Sequence record: SRR2962707_1636
Strand: one strand, 5' to 3'
DNA: 41,543 bases
Position 1 is the stretch's first letter. The number at the start of each line of letters is the position of its first letter. Shown piece by piece: positions 33,048 to 41,543 of the stretch. Below the pieces are notes generated by a model. It worked only from the letters and a program-made list of their open reading frames with translations, searched no databases and was not told the origin of the DNA. Position numbers and translations under genes: made by a program.

Positions 33048-34586
33048 ATGGGCCGCAAGATACTTTTCATCACCACCGACCAGATGCGCTTCGATGCCAT
33101 CGGCGCGAATGGCCAGAAGGTCGCGAAGACACCGGCCATCGACGCCCTCGCTGCGAACGGCATCAACTACACGCGCGCGCATAACCAGAACGTCGTCTGC
33201 ATGCCGGCACGCTCCACCATGATCACCGGCCAGTATGTTTCGACGCATGGGGTCTGGATGAACGGCGTGCCGCTGCCGGAAGACGCACCCTCCGTCGCGC
33301 AATATCTCCACGACAAGGCGAATTACAAGACCGCGCTCATCGGCAAGGCGCATTTCGAACCCTTCGTCGATCCGGAGCGGAAATTCTACGAAAGCCAGAT
33401 GGCGCGCAAGGGTGAGAACGGCCCGCATCGCGGCTTCGACTACATGGAGCTCGCGACCCACTCGCCGCTCATCCTCCACTACGCCGAATGGATGAAGAAG
33501 AACCATCCCGAAGAACTCGACGGCTTCTACCGGAACCTCAACGAGAAGTATCAGGTGAACGCCGAGGGTGGCGGCGAGACGGGCGGATGCCAGCTCCATT
33601 TCAATCCCGTCGCGCGCGAGCATTATCACACCGACTGGGTCGCCGACCGCACCGTGAACTGGCTCTCCTCCGTCGGCGCGGAGGACGACTGGTTCTGCTG
33701 GATGAGCTTCCCCGATCCGCACCACCCGTGGGATCCGCCGCAATCGGAACTGAAGCGCCACCCCTGGCGCGACACGCCCCTGCCGGACTTCTATCCGGGC
33801 TCGAAAGAACATATCGAGACGGTACTGCGCGACAAGCCACAGCACTGGATGGAATGGTACACCGGCAAGCGCGTCACGAATTTCGAGGCCCCGCCGGACT
33901 TCCGCGCCTGCGACATGACGGCCGATCAAGTGCAGGAAATCAACGCCTTCACCCATGTCGAGAACGAGCTGATCGATGAGGCCGTCGCGAAAGTCATGGC
34001 CTATATTGAAAGTCGCGGCTGGGGCGACGATGTCGATGTCGTCTTCACCACCGATCACGGCGAATTCCAGGGCGAGTTCGGCCTGCTCTTCAAGGGCCCC
34101 TATCACGTCGATGCGCTGATGCGCCTGCCGATGATCTGGCGCCCCGCGAAATCCGCCAAAGTCGCCGCCGCTTCCGTCGCAAAGCCCGTCGGTCAGGTCG
34201 ACCTCGCGCCGACCTTCTGCGAAATCGCAGGCCTCCCCGTGCCCGAATGGATGCAAGGCAAGCCGATGCCGAAGACGAATGAGGAAGGCGAAAAACAAAA
34301 CCGCCAGCGCGTCTTCACCGAATGGGATTGCCAGCACGTCGACGGCACCACCATCGGGCTGCGCACAATCTACCGCGACGGCTACACCATCACCGCCTAT
34401 CTTCCCGGCACGATCTATGACGGCACCGAGGGCGAACTCTACGACCACCGCCATGACCCGCGGCAACTCCGCAATCTCTGGAACGATTCCGCCTACGCGT
34501 CGATCAAGTCAGACCTCCTCGCCGACCTGAAGGACAACCTCCCTCCGGTCCGTGAACCCCGCATGGAATGCGTCGCCCCGGTATAG
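33048..34586 (+). CDS. Formylglycine-dependent sulfatase (Cys-type, no signal peptide)
   Basis: ILFITTDQ, CMPARSTMITG (CxPxR), IGKAH, PHHPW, TDHGE, K-G, ELYD. Confidence 0.93.
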   Translation: MGRKILFITTDQMRFDAIGANGQKVAKTPAIDALAANGINYTRAHNQNVVCMPARSTMITGQYVSTHGVWMNGVPLPEDAPSVAQYLHDKANYKTALIGKAHFEPFVDPERKFYESQMARKGENGPHRGFDYMELATHSPLILHYAEWMKKNHPEELDGFYRNLNEKYQVNAEGGGETGGCQLHFNPVAREHYHTDWVADRTVNWLSSVGAEDDWFCWMSFPDPHHPWDPPQSELKRHPWRDTPLPDFYPGSKEHIETVLRDKPQHWMEWYTGKRVTNFEAPPDFRACDMTADQVQEINAFTHVENELIDEAVAKVMAYIESRGWGDDVDVVFTTDHGEFQGEFGLLFKGPYHVDALMRLPMIWRPAKSAKVAAASVAKPVGQVDLAPTFCEIAGLPVPEWMQGKPMPKTNEEGEKQNRQRVFTEWDCQHVDGTTIGLRTIYRDGYTITAYLPGTIYDGTEGELYDHRHDPRQLRNLWNDSAYASIKSDLLADLKDNLPPVREPRMECVAPV

Positions 34587-34606
34587 GAAAATTCTGTTCC
34601 CTTTTC

Positions 34607-34631
34607 CCACCCTCCCTCAAGGGGAGGGTGG
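34607..34631. repeat. Short palindromic intergenic element (alphaproteobacterial CCCTCCC..GGGAGGG type)
   Basis: CCACCCTCCCT-caa-GGGGAGGGTGG. Confidence 0.55.
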
Positions 34632-34709
34632 AAATAAGTGTGCCTGTTGCCAGAAACGCACCCGCCCTGTATCCCGGGAGGCATCGACGCAATCCCCGCA
34701 AGGACGCCC

Positions 34710-35504
34710 ATGCCCTCCACCACCTCCTCCATGATCGCGAAGAAAGACGGCGCAATCGGCTGGATGATCTTCAACAATCCCGACCGCCTGAACGCCGTCA
34801 GCCTGGAAATGTGGCAGGCCGTGCCGGAAATCCTGCATGCCTTCGAGAACGACGACAAGATCCGCGTCATCGTGCTGACGGGCGCTGGCGACCGCGCATT
34901 CGTCGCAGGTGCCGACATCTCGCAGTTCGGCGAAAGCCGCTCATCGGCCGAAGGCATCCTCGCCTACGAAACGGCGACAGAAATCGCCTTCAATGGCATC
35001 GCCGATGCCTCGAAGCCCACCATCGCCATGATCGACGGCTATTGCATCGGCGGCGGCCTCGGCATCGCGCTCTCCTGCGACATGCGCATTGCCGCCGAAG
35101 GCTCGACCTTCGGCATCCCTGCGGCAAAACTCGGCCTCGCTTATGGCGCAGGCGGCACCGGCCGCCTCGTCCATGTCGTCGGCCCCTCCTTCGCGAAGGA
35201 AATCTTCTTCACCGCGCGCCGCTTCACGCATGACGAAGCCTTGACGATGGGTCTCGTCAACCGCGTGACGACGAAGGACGCGCTGGAAAATTTCGTGCGC
35301 GACTATTGTTCGCTCATCGCCGAAAACGCGCCCTTGACGGTCAACACCGCTAAGCAGGTCGTGGACGAGTTCACGAAAGCGCCCGGCAATTTCGACTCGG
35401 AAAAATGCGAAGCGCTGATCGCCCGCTGCTTCGCCAGCGACGACTACAAGGAAGGCCGCGCCGCCTTCATGGAAAAAAGAAAGCCCACCTTCAAGGGCAA
35501 ATAA
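34710..35504 (+). CDS. Enoyl-CoA hydratase family protein
   Basis: FNNPDRLNAV, AFVAGADISQF, YCIGGG, IPAAKLG, FMEKRKPTFKG. Confidence 0.92.
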   Translation: MPSTTSSMIAKKDGAIGWMIFNNPDRLNAVSLEMWQAVPEILHAFENDDKIRVIVLTGAGDRAFVAGADISQFGESRSSAEGILAYETATEIAFNGIADASKPTIAMIDGYCIGGGLGIALSCDMRIAAEGSTFGIPAAKLGLAYGAGGTGRLVHVVGPSFAKEIFFTARRFTHDEALTMGLVNRVTTKDALENFVRDYCSLIAENAPLTVNTAKQVVDEFTKAPGNFDSEKCEALIARCFASDDYKEGRAAFMEKRKPTFKGK

Positions 35505-35527
35505 AAACCGCAACAGGGAGAAACATC

Positions 35528-36391
35528 ATGGGACGTCTCGACGGAAAGGTCGCCATCATCACCGGCGGCACCAGCGGCATCGGCCGCGGCACGGTCGACC
35601 TCTTCCTCAAGGAAGGCGCGAAAGTCGTCGCCGCCGATCTTCAGGACCACAAGGGCGAGGCGATGGAGCGCGAACTGGGCGCGAACTTCTCCTATTGCCG
35701 CGCCAACGTGGCCCATGAGGACGAGGTGAGGAACCTCGTCGCTCACACCGTGAAGAAGTTCGGCAAGCTCGACATTCTCTTCAACAACGCAGGCTATGGC
35801 GGCGTCGGCGGCGAACTCTCCGAGATCGACATGGCGGGTTTCGACGAAACCGTCGGCGTGCTGCTGAAGGGCGTCGTGCTCGGCTACAAATATGCCGTCC
35901 CCCACATGAAGAAGCAGAAGTCCGGCTCGATCATTTCGACAGCTTCCGTCGCCGGTCTCCAGGCAGGCTACGGCCCGCTCGTCTACTCGGCGTGCAAGGC
36001 CGCCGTGCATCATTTCTCGCGCTGCGCCGCGATGGAGCTCGCGCCGCATTTTGTGCGCTCCAATGCAATCTGCCCCGGCGGCATCGCCACCTCGATCTTC
36101 GGCAACGGATTGGGCCTCGGCACGCAGGTCGCCGACCAGTTCGCCGAAGTCATGAAGGAGCATCTCGCGAAAATCCAGCCGACGCCGCGCTCCGGCATCC
36201 CTGATGACATCGCCAATGCGGCGCTCTTCCTCGCCAGCGACGAATCCACCTTCGTCAACGGCCAGACCATCGCCGTCGATGGCGCCCTCACCGCCGGCCC
36301 GATGAACACGCTCGGCAAGCGCATCGATTTCGAAAAGGTGATCACGGACTTCCTGTCGAGCCTGCCGGAAGATCAGAAGAAACCGGCCTAG
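35528..36391 (+). CDS. SDR family oxidoreductase
   Basis: TGGTSGIG, FNNAG, YSACK, NAICPG; GGGAG RBS. Confidence 0.93.
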   Translation: MGRLDGKVAIITGGTSGIGRGTVDLFLKEGAKVVAADLQDHKGEAMERELGANFSYCRANVAHEDEVRNLVAHTVKKFGKLDILFNNAGYGGVGGELSEIDMAGFDETVGVLLKGVVLGYKYAVPHMKKQKSGSIISTASVAGLQAGYGPLVYSACKAAVHHFSRCAAMELAPHFVRSNAICPGGIATSIFGNGLGLGTQVADQFAEVMKEHLAKIQPTPRSGIPDDIANAALFLASDESTFVNGQTIAVDGALTAGPMNTLGKRIDFEKVITDFLSSLPEDQKKPA

Positions 36392-36408
36392 AACCCGCGC
36401 TCCAGTGC

Positions 36409-36437
36409 GTCATGACCCGCCTCGCGCGGGTCATGAC
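36409..36437. repeat. GTCAT..CCG REP-like palindrome between convergent genes
   Basis: Perfect 12-bp inverted repeat GTCATGACCCGC-ctcgc-GCGGGTCATGAC. Confidence 0.6.
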
Positions 36438-36457
36438 TATCTTGAGGACGGGGGGTG

Positions 36458-36850
36458 CTACTCCACCTCAATCGTCACCTTGCTCGGATAGAAGGACATA
36501 TAGTCCTTGATCTCGGCCATCTCGACAAACGGGTCCTCATAGGACCACACCCCGTCCTGAACATCGCCGCCCTCGGCGTCGATCTTCCAGTATGCCGCCT
36601 CGCCCTTGTAGGGGCACCAGGTATGGCTCGGCGTCGGCGTGAGCTTGCCCATCTGCACATCCTTGCGCGGCAGGTAGAAAGCAGGCGCGTAGTCGCCCTC
36701 GAAAAGCTCCAGCGCCTCGGAACTGTCTGCAATCGTCTCGCCGTCCACGCTGATGCGAACGCGCCGCCCCGCCGGCATGACGCGCAGCAAATGCTTCGGA
36801 TTGGTCTCGTATCCCGACTTGTGCTCCTTGCCCGAAACAAGCTGTCCCAT
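36458..36850 (-). CDS. DUF427 domain protein
   Basis: IADS..AL.LFE, YLPRKDV, TWCPYKGEAAYW, WSYEDP, IKDYMSFY. Confidence 0.9.
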   Translation of the reverse strand: MGQLVSGKEHKSGYETNPKHLLRVMPAGRRVRISVDGETIADSSEALELFEGDYAPAFYLPRKDVQMGKLTPTPSHTWCPYKGEAAYWKIDAEGGDVQDGVWSYEDPFVEMAEIKDYMSFYPSKVTIEVE

Positions 36851-36952
36851 GGGGCCTCCGCCTTTGGCTATGTGTCTGTCTCATTGGAAGATGGGGCCCG
36901 GCAAGGATTTGGCAACCTCCCGCCGCTAGCGTAAGCGGCGGAGACATATGTC

Positions 36953-37318
36953 ATGGCCGAGCCTTCTGAAATTGCCGGAACCCCTCAAACGGAGGCTGAA
37001 CGCCGCCGTTTCCGCCGTATCGCCACGCGCATCGAAGGCCGCATCGTCTATGCCGGCGTCGATGCCGAATGTCTCGTCCATGAAATGTCGGCGACAGGCG
37101 CCATCGTTGAGGTAACGCCGCTCCCTGCCCTGGGCGTCGAGGTGGCGCTCGATGTGCCGGGCGTCGGTTTCTCGCGCGGCGTGGCAAAGCGGCATGAAGG
37201 GCGGGATCGCGTCTCGATCGACCTCGAAACCTCGCCCGCCCGCCGCAGCCGGCTGAACGACCGGCTCATCCTCGCCGCCTTCCGCTTTCCGCCCGAGCCC
37301 CCGGCGTCTGACGAATAG
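36953..37318 (+). CDS. Single PilZ-domain protein
   Basis: ERRRFRR and EMSATGA (D replaced by E in DxSxxG). Confidence 0.8.
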   Translation: MAEPSEIAGTPQTEAERRRFRRIATRIEGRIVYAGVDAECLVHEMSATGAIVEVTPLPALGVEVALDVPGVGFSRGVAKRHEGRDRVSIDLETSPARRSRLNDRLILAAFRFPPEPPASDE

Positions 37319-37407
37319 TCGGAACCGGGCAATCGACACGATATCCGGTTGGGCCTCGCGCCCACCCTCGCTACACTCCCCGCAAAATCAATCAGGGGAG
37401 AAGTCTC

Positions 37408-38199
37408 ATGTCGCAGCTCAAGAACAAGGTCGCCATCGTCACGGGTTCGGCCACGGGCCTCGGCGCCGCCGTCGCGCTGCAGCTCGCGGACAAGGGCTGC
37501 AACGTCGTCATCAACTACACGAAGAGCGAAACCGAAGCGAAGGAGACGCTCGCCGCCTGCGAGGCGAAAGGCGTCGAGGCGCTACTCGCTCAGGGCGACG
37601 TCGGCGAGGATGCCGATTGCCGCCGCATCGTGGACGAGACGGTGAAGAAATGGGGCCGCGTCGATGTGCTGGTGAACAATGCGGGCGGCACCAAGTTCGC
37701 GAACCACGCCGAACTCGATGAGCTGAACGCCGAAGACTTCCTCTGGATCTACAAGGTGAACGTCGTCGGCGCCTACCAGATGATCCGCGCCTGCGCGCCC
37801 CACATGAAGGAAGCAGGCAAGGGCTCGGTGGTGAACATCTCGTCCATCGCAGGCGTCACCGGCATCGGCTCTTCCGTCGCCTATGCGGCATCGAAAGGCG
37901 CCCTCAACACCATGACGCTCTCGCTCGCCCGCTCGCTCTCGCCGAAGATCCGCGTCAACGCCGTCTGCCCCGGCTTCATCGGCACGCGCTGGTTCTCGGA
38001 TCGCTTCGGCAGTCAAACCTTCGAAGGCATCAAGCGCCAGCAGGAAGAATCGACACCGCTTCAGCGCGCCGGCACGCCCGAAGACATCGCCACCGCCGTC
38101 GTCTTCTTCTGCGGCGAAGGCTCCGACCACATCACCGGCGAAACGCTCATCACCGATGCCGGCATGCATCTCGGCTTCGCCCCGCTGACGGCGCGCTGA
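37408..38199 (+). CDS. SDR family oxidoreductase (FabG-like)
   Basis: TGSATGLG, NNAG, YAASK, VNAVCPG. Confidence 0.93.
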   Translation: MSQLKNKVAIVTGSATGLGAAVALQLADKGCNVVINYTKSETEAKETLAACEAKGVEALLAQGDVGEDADCRRIVDETVKKWGRVDVLVNNAGGTKFANHAELDELNAEDFLWIYKVNVVGAYQMIRACAPHMKEAGKGSVVNISSIAGVTGIGSSVAYAASKGALNTMTLSLARSLSPKIRVNAVCPGFIGTRWFSDRFGSQTFEGIKRQQEESTPLQRAGTPEDIATAVVFFCGEGSDHITGETLITDAGMHLGFAPLTAR

Positions 38200-38235
38200 C
38201 CTCAGCTGGCATCGCTGGCTCCAGCCAAACCCAAA

Positions 38236-38270
38236 AGTGTCATCCCGGGAACAAGTGCCGGGGTGACACT
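38236..38270. repeat. GTCATCCCGG REP-like palindrome between convergent genes
   Basis: AGTGTCATCCCGG-gaacaagtg-CCGGGGTGACACT, 13-bp stem with one G-U pair. Confidence 0.6.
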
Positions 38271-38293
38271 GAATTTTCTCGATGCGCTGAATT

Positions 38294-39040
38294 CTATTCA
38301 GCCAGAAACGCCAGCACCGCTTCCCTGTACGCCTTGTCCCCCACCGTCTTCATATGGTCGCGCTTCGGCACCGTGAAGGCTTCACCCTTCGGTATCCGCT
38401 TTGCAAGCGGCCCGGGCGCCCCCGCCTGCACATCCGCCTCGCCTGCGACGACAAGCACCGGCCGCGCAATATCTTTAAGCCCCTCCACCGGAAAAGGCGC
38501 GCGCACCGCCTCGAAACAGGCAGCGAGCGCCTTTCTGTCCTGCCCGTTCTGATCGGCGAAAGTCCGGAACAAAAGCGCGCCCTTGTCCTCGGTGCTCGCC
38601 GGGTCATCCGCGAGTAGCGCGTCAATCACAGGCCCCGGATCGCGCCTCGGGTCGAGCAACGTCGCGCCTACACCGCCCGCGACGATCCTGTCGAAACGCT
38701 CCGGCGCTTCCATCGCCGCAACAAGCGCCACCATCGCCCCCATCGAATAGCCCATCAAGTCCGCGCCCGGCTCGCCGAGATGGTCGAGCAGCGCCACAAG
38801 GTCGCCCGCCATCGCAGAAAGCGTGTAATCGGCCTTGTCATGGCTCTTTTCGCTCTGCCCGTGCCCGCGCATGTCCGGCATGATCACGCGGTATCCCGCC
38901 TCGACAAGCGCACGCACCCATCCGGTCGGGCCCCAGTTCACGGCATGCGTGGAAGCAAAGCCATGCGCCAGCAGCACGGGGCTCCCCTCGCCTTCCAGTG
39001 CATAGGCGATCCGCATTCCGTTCGACTCGAAGAATTCCAT
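38294..39040 (-). CDS. Alpha/beta fold hydrolase
   Basis: HGFAS...NW, DMRGHGQS, GYSMGA, RDHM..VGD. Confidence 0.92.
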   Translation of the reverse strand: MEFFESNGMRIAYALEGEGSPVLLAHGFASTHAVNWGPTGWVRALVEAGYRVIMPDMRGHGQSEKSHDKADYTLSAMAGDLVALLDHLGEPGADLMGYSMGAMVALVAAMEAPERFDRIVAGGVGATLLDPRRDPGPVIDALLADDPASTEDKGALLFRTFADQNGQDRKALAACFEAVRAPFPVEGLKDIARPVLVVAGEADVQAGAPGPLAKRIPKGEAFTVPKRDHMKTVGDKAYREAVLAFLAE

Positions 39041-39135
39041 GGAAGGTCCTTTCGCCGCGAAGTCTAGCCCCGCTGCCCCCGCTGGAAAACCCGCCCTCAA
39101 CGGTCTACGCTCTCTGAAAACATGGGGAGAACAAG

Positions 39136-40392
39136 ATGACCGATGCCGCCACCCTGAAGCGCGACGTCTGCGATGCGATCGATGCCATGTCGCCGAGCCT
39201 GCTCGGCGTCAGCCACGCGATCCACGCCAAGCCCGAAGTCGCTTTTCACGAGCACGAGGCCGCCCACATCCTGACGGCGGCGCTCGACGCGGCGGAGCTT
39301 CCTGTCACCCGCGCTGCCTTCGGTCTTCCCACCGCTTACGCATCGAGCTTTGGCGAGCGCGGCCCCGAAGTCGCGATCCTCTCCGAATATGACGCCCTCC
39401 CCGGCATCGGTCATGCCTGCGGCCACAACATCATCGCGACCACGGGCCTCGGTGCCTCGCTAGCGCTCGCGAAGCTCGGCGCGAAGCTTCCCGGTCGCGT
39501 CCGCTATCTCGGCACGCCGGCCGAAGAGATGGGCGGCGGCAAGGAACTGATGGCGCAGGAAGGCGCCTTCGCGGGCGTCGATGCCGCCATGATGGTGCAT
39601 CCGGCAGGCGTCGATCTCGTCACCATGCCCTGCATCTGCGTCTCGGAAGTTTCCGTCACCTATCATGGCCGCTCGGCCCACGCTTCCGCCATGCCGCATA
39701 TGGGGCTGAATGCGCTCGACGCGCTCATCTCCGCATATCAGTCGATCGCTCAGCTCCGCCAGCACATCAGGCCGACCGAACGCATCCACGGCATCATCAA
39801 GAAGGGTGGCGCCGCGCCAAACATCGTGCCCGACGAAACCTCCGGCCTCTTTTATGTCCGCGCCGCGAACGCAGAAGATCTCGCGCCCTTGAAAAAGCGC
39901 GTCCAGGCCTGCTTCGAAGCGGGTGCGCTCGCCACCGGCTGCACGGCGGAAATCAAATGGGCCAAGGCCGACTATCTCGACCTGAAAACAAGTATGCCGA
40001 TTGCCGATGCCTATGAGGCAAACGCGCGCGCGCTCGGTCGCGACTTCTTCCCGCTGTCGAAAATGCCGACAGGTTCGGCGGGCAGCACCGACATGGGCAA
40101 TGTCAGCCACCGTGTACCGTCCATCCACCCGATGATCGCCTGCGCCCCGTCCCATGTCGTGATCCACAATCCGGAATTCACGAAATGGGCCGCTTCCGAA
40201 CTCGGCGACAAGGCCTGCATAGATGGCGCCAAGTCGCTCGCCATGACCGCCATCGACTACATGACGGATTCAGCCATGCGTGAAAAGGCGAAAGCGGATT
40301 TCGCCGTCACCGCCGAGAGCTCCGCCCGCTCCGTCGGCGCCGCCTACGATCCGAACGGCTCGACCAACATCGGCGGCTGCGGCTGCATGTGA
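39136..40392 (+). CDS. M20 metallopeptidase/amidohydrolase (ACY1L2/PM20D2-like)
   Basis: HAKPE..F.E, EYDALPGIGHACGHN, GTPAEE, GSTDMGNVS. Confidence 0.92.
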   Translation: MTDAATLKRDVCDAIDAMSPSLLGVSHAIHAKPEVAFHEHEAAHILTAALDAAELPVTRAAFGLPTAYASSFGERGPEVAILSEYDALPGIGHACGHNIIATTGLGASLALAKLGAKLPGRVRYLGTPAEEMGGGKELMAQEGAFAGVDAAMMVHPAGVDLVTMPCICVSEVSVTYHGRSAHASAMPHMGLNALDALISAYQSIAQLRQHIRPTERIHGIIKKGGAAPNIVPDETSGLFYVRAANAEDLAPLKKRVQACFEAGALATGCTAEIKWAKADYLDLKTSMPIADAYEANARALGRDFFPLSKMPTGSAGSTDMGNVSHRVPSIHPMIACAPSHVVIHNPEFTKWAASELGDKACIDGAKSLAMTAIDYMTDSAMREKAKADFAVTAESSARSVGAAYDPNGSTNIGGCGCM

Positions 40393-40396
40393 CGCC

Positions 40397-41542
40397 TCAG
40401 GGCAGGTTCGGCGGCCGCTCCGTCTGCTCGACCTCTTCGACGAAACGCTCGTCGAGCTTGCGGCGCAGTTCCTCCTGCTCCCTGATGCCGATGGGGAACT
40501 TCCACATGATCGCGGCGACGAGCGCATTGCAGATGACCGGCGTCGCCACGAACACGATGGAAAGCCCGGTCAGCGTCGATGGCGTATTCGCCCCCTGCTC
40601 CGGCACGAAGCCGATCAGCGCCAGCGTCCAGAACACCACGCCGACCGCCACCGCCCCGCCGAGCTTCTGCGTCAGCGTGAGCAGCGCGTAGAAAAGCCCC
40701 GTCTGCCGCCGCCCGGTTTCCAGCTCGTCGATATCCGCCACATCCGCCATCATCGAGCGGTAAAGCGTTGTCGTCGTACCGATATTGACACCGAGGAACA
40801 GCAGCACGAACGACGCGACGATGTAGTTTCCTTCCGGGATCAGGAAGATCACCGGCGGAAACACGACGTTGAACACCCCCGCCGCGACGACGGTCCGGTG
40901 CTTGCCGAGCCGGTAGCTGAGCTTCAGCACCACCGGAATGAAGATGATCCCGCCGAAGAAATAGAGCAGCAGCAGGAAGCTCGCGACTGAGCCGATGCCC
41001 CAGACATAGGTCGCCTCGTAAATATACATCGAGGCGAGCGCCGCGCCCGCAAAGCCGCTCAGAAAATCCGCCGCCAGCAACCGGCGCAGCGGCAGGTTGC
41101 GGAAGATCGCCTTCATCGCCGCGTTGATGTCCAGCGGCGGCTGCGGCGCCACCTTCCGTTCCGGCACGAAAAAAATGGTCACGGCCACCGCAATCGGCAG
41201 CGTCAACACGATGAACCAGCCGATGGAGGCGACGCGCGCCGCTTCCATGTTCTCCGGGCCCATCCGTTCGATGATCGCTGGAATGAGCAGCACCAGCGGC
41301 ACGCCGATAAGCTGGAATGCCTCGCGATAGCCCTGGATGCGCGAACGCTCGTTATAGCTGTCGCTCAGTTCCGCTGCCCATGCCATGTGCGAGATGGTGA
41401 GCATCGTCCAGCCGATATAAAGAACGAACATCCAGCCGAAGAGGTAGATCGCCGTCACAGGCGCCGTCGGCACGAACGCCATATAGGCGCAGACCGCGAG
41501 CAGCGGCACCGACAGCACGATCCAGTGCCGCCGCCTGCCCCA
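40397..41542 (-). CDS. MFS transporter, glycoside-pentoside-hexuronide (GPH) family; 5' end outside the window
   Basis: Frame stays open to the window edge with WGRRRHW; AELSDSYNERS, MMADVAD.DELETGRRQTGLFY..K. Confidence 0.9.
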   Translation of the reverse strand, partial: WGRRRHWIVLSVPLLAVCAYMAFVPTAPVTAIYLFGWMFVLYIGWTMLTISHMAWAAELSDSYNERSRIQGYREAFQLIGVPLVLLIPAIIERMGPENMEAARVASIGWFIVLTLPIAVAVTIFFVPERKVAPQPPLDINAAMKAIFRNLPLRRLLAADFLSGFAGAALASMYIYEATYVWGIGSVASFLLLLYFFGGIIFIPVVLKLSYRLGKHRTVVAAGVFNVVFPPVIFLIPEGNYIVASFVLLFLGVNIGTTTTLYRSMMADVADIDELETGRRQTGLFYALLTLTQKLGGAVAVGVVFWTLALIGFVPEQGANTPSTLTGLSIVFVATPVICNALVAAIMWKFPIGIREQEELRRKLDERFVEEVEQTERPPNLP

Positions 41543-41543
41543 G

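Noticed and set aside
32991-34466. 491-aa minus-strand ORF
   Set aside because: Antisense shadow of the sulfatase.

Overview
GC-rich alphaproteobacterial chromosomal segment; gene content and order suggest Hyphomicrobiales/Rhizobiales, possibly Parvibaculum-like (inference). It holds about 47 genes, and I saw no tRNA, rRNA, IS element, prophage or CRISPR array. A backbone I recognise from Rhizobiales (rhomboid, PAS_5, tandem PilZ, BTLCP transglutaminase-like peptidase, gamma-carbonic anhydrase, phoX, DUF6949-like, DUF3126, cysE, alpha/beta hydrolase) is interleaved with lipid/aromatic catabolic genes (4 crotonases, 3 SDRs, GMC oxidoreductase, sulfatase, carotenoid-type oxygenase). The most interesting part is 4.2-9.6 kb. 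It has a CsgG-family HfaB-like outer-membrane lipoprotein with no hfaA/hfaD beside it, a secreted Asn-ladder amyloid-like protein (possibly HfaE-like) and a PAS_5 gene. Each of the three has a sigma54-type -24/-12 promoter with TTAA (CtrA-like) sites nearby, so this may be a co-regulated adhesin or functional-amyloid export module. Other clear signals: a guanidine-II riboswitch with an extra hairpin upstream of gdx/sugE, a Pho box before phoX, two operator palindromes and several structured intergenic RNA candidates. All family calls come from motif recognition; no searches were run.
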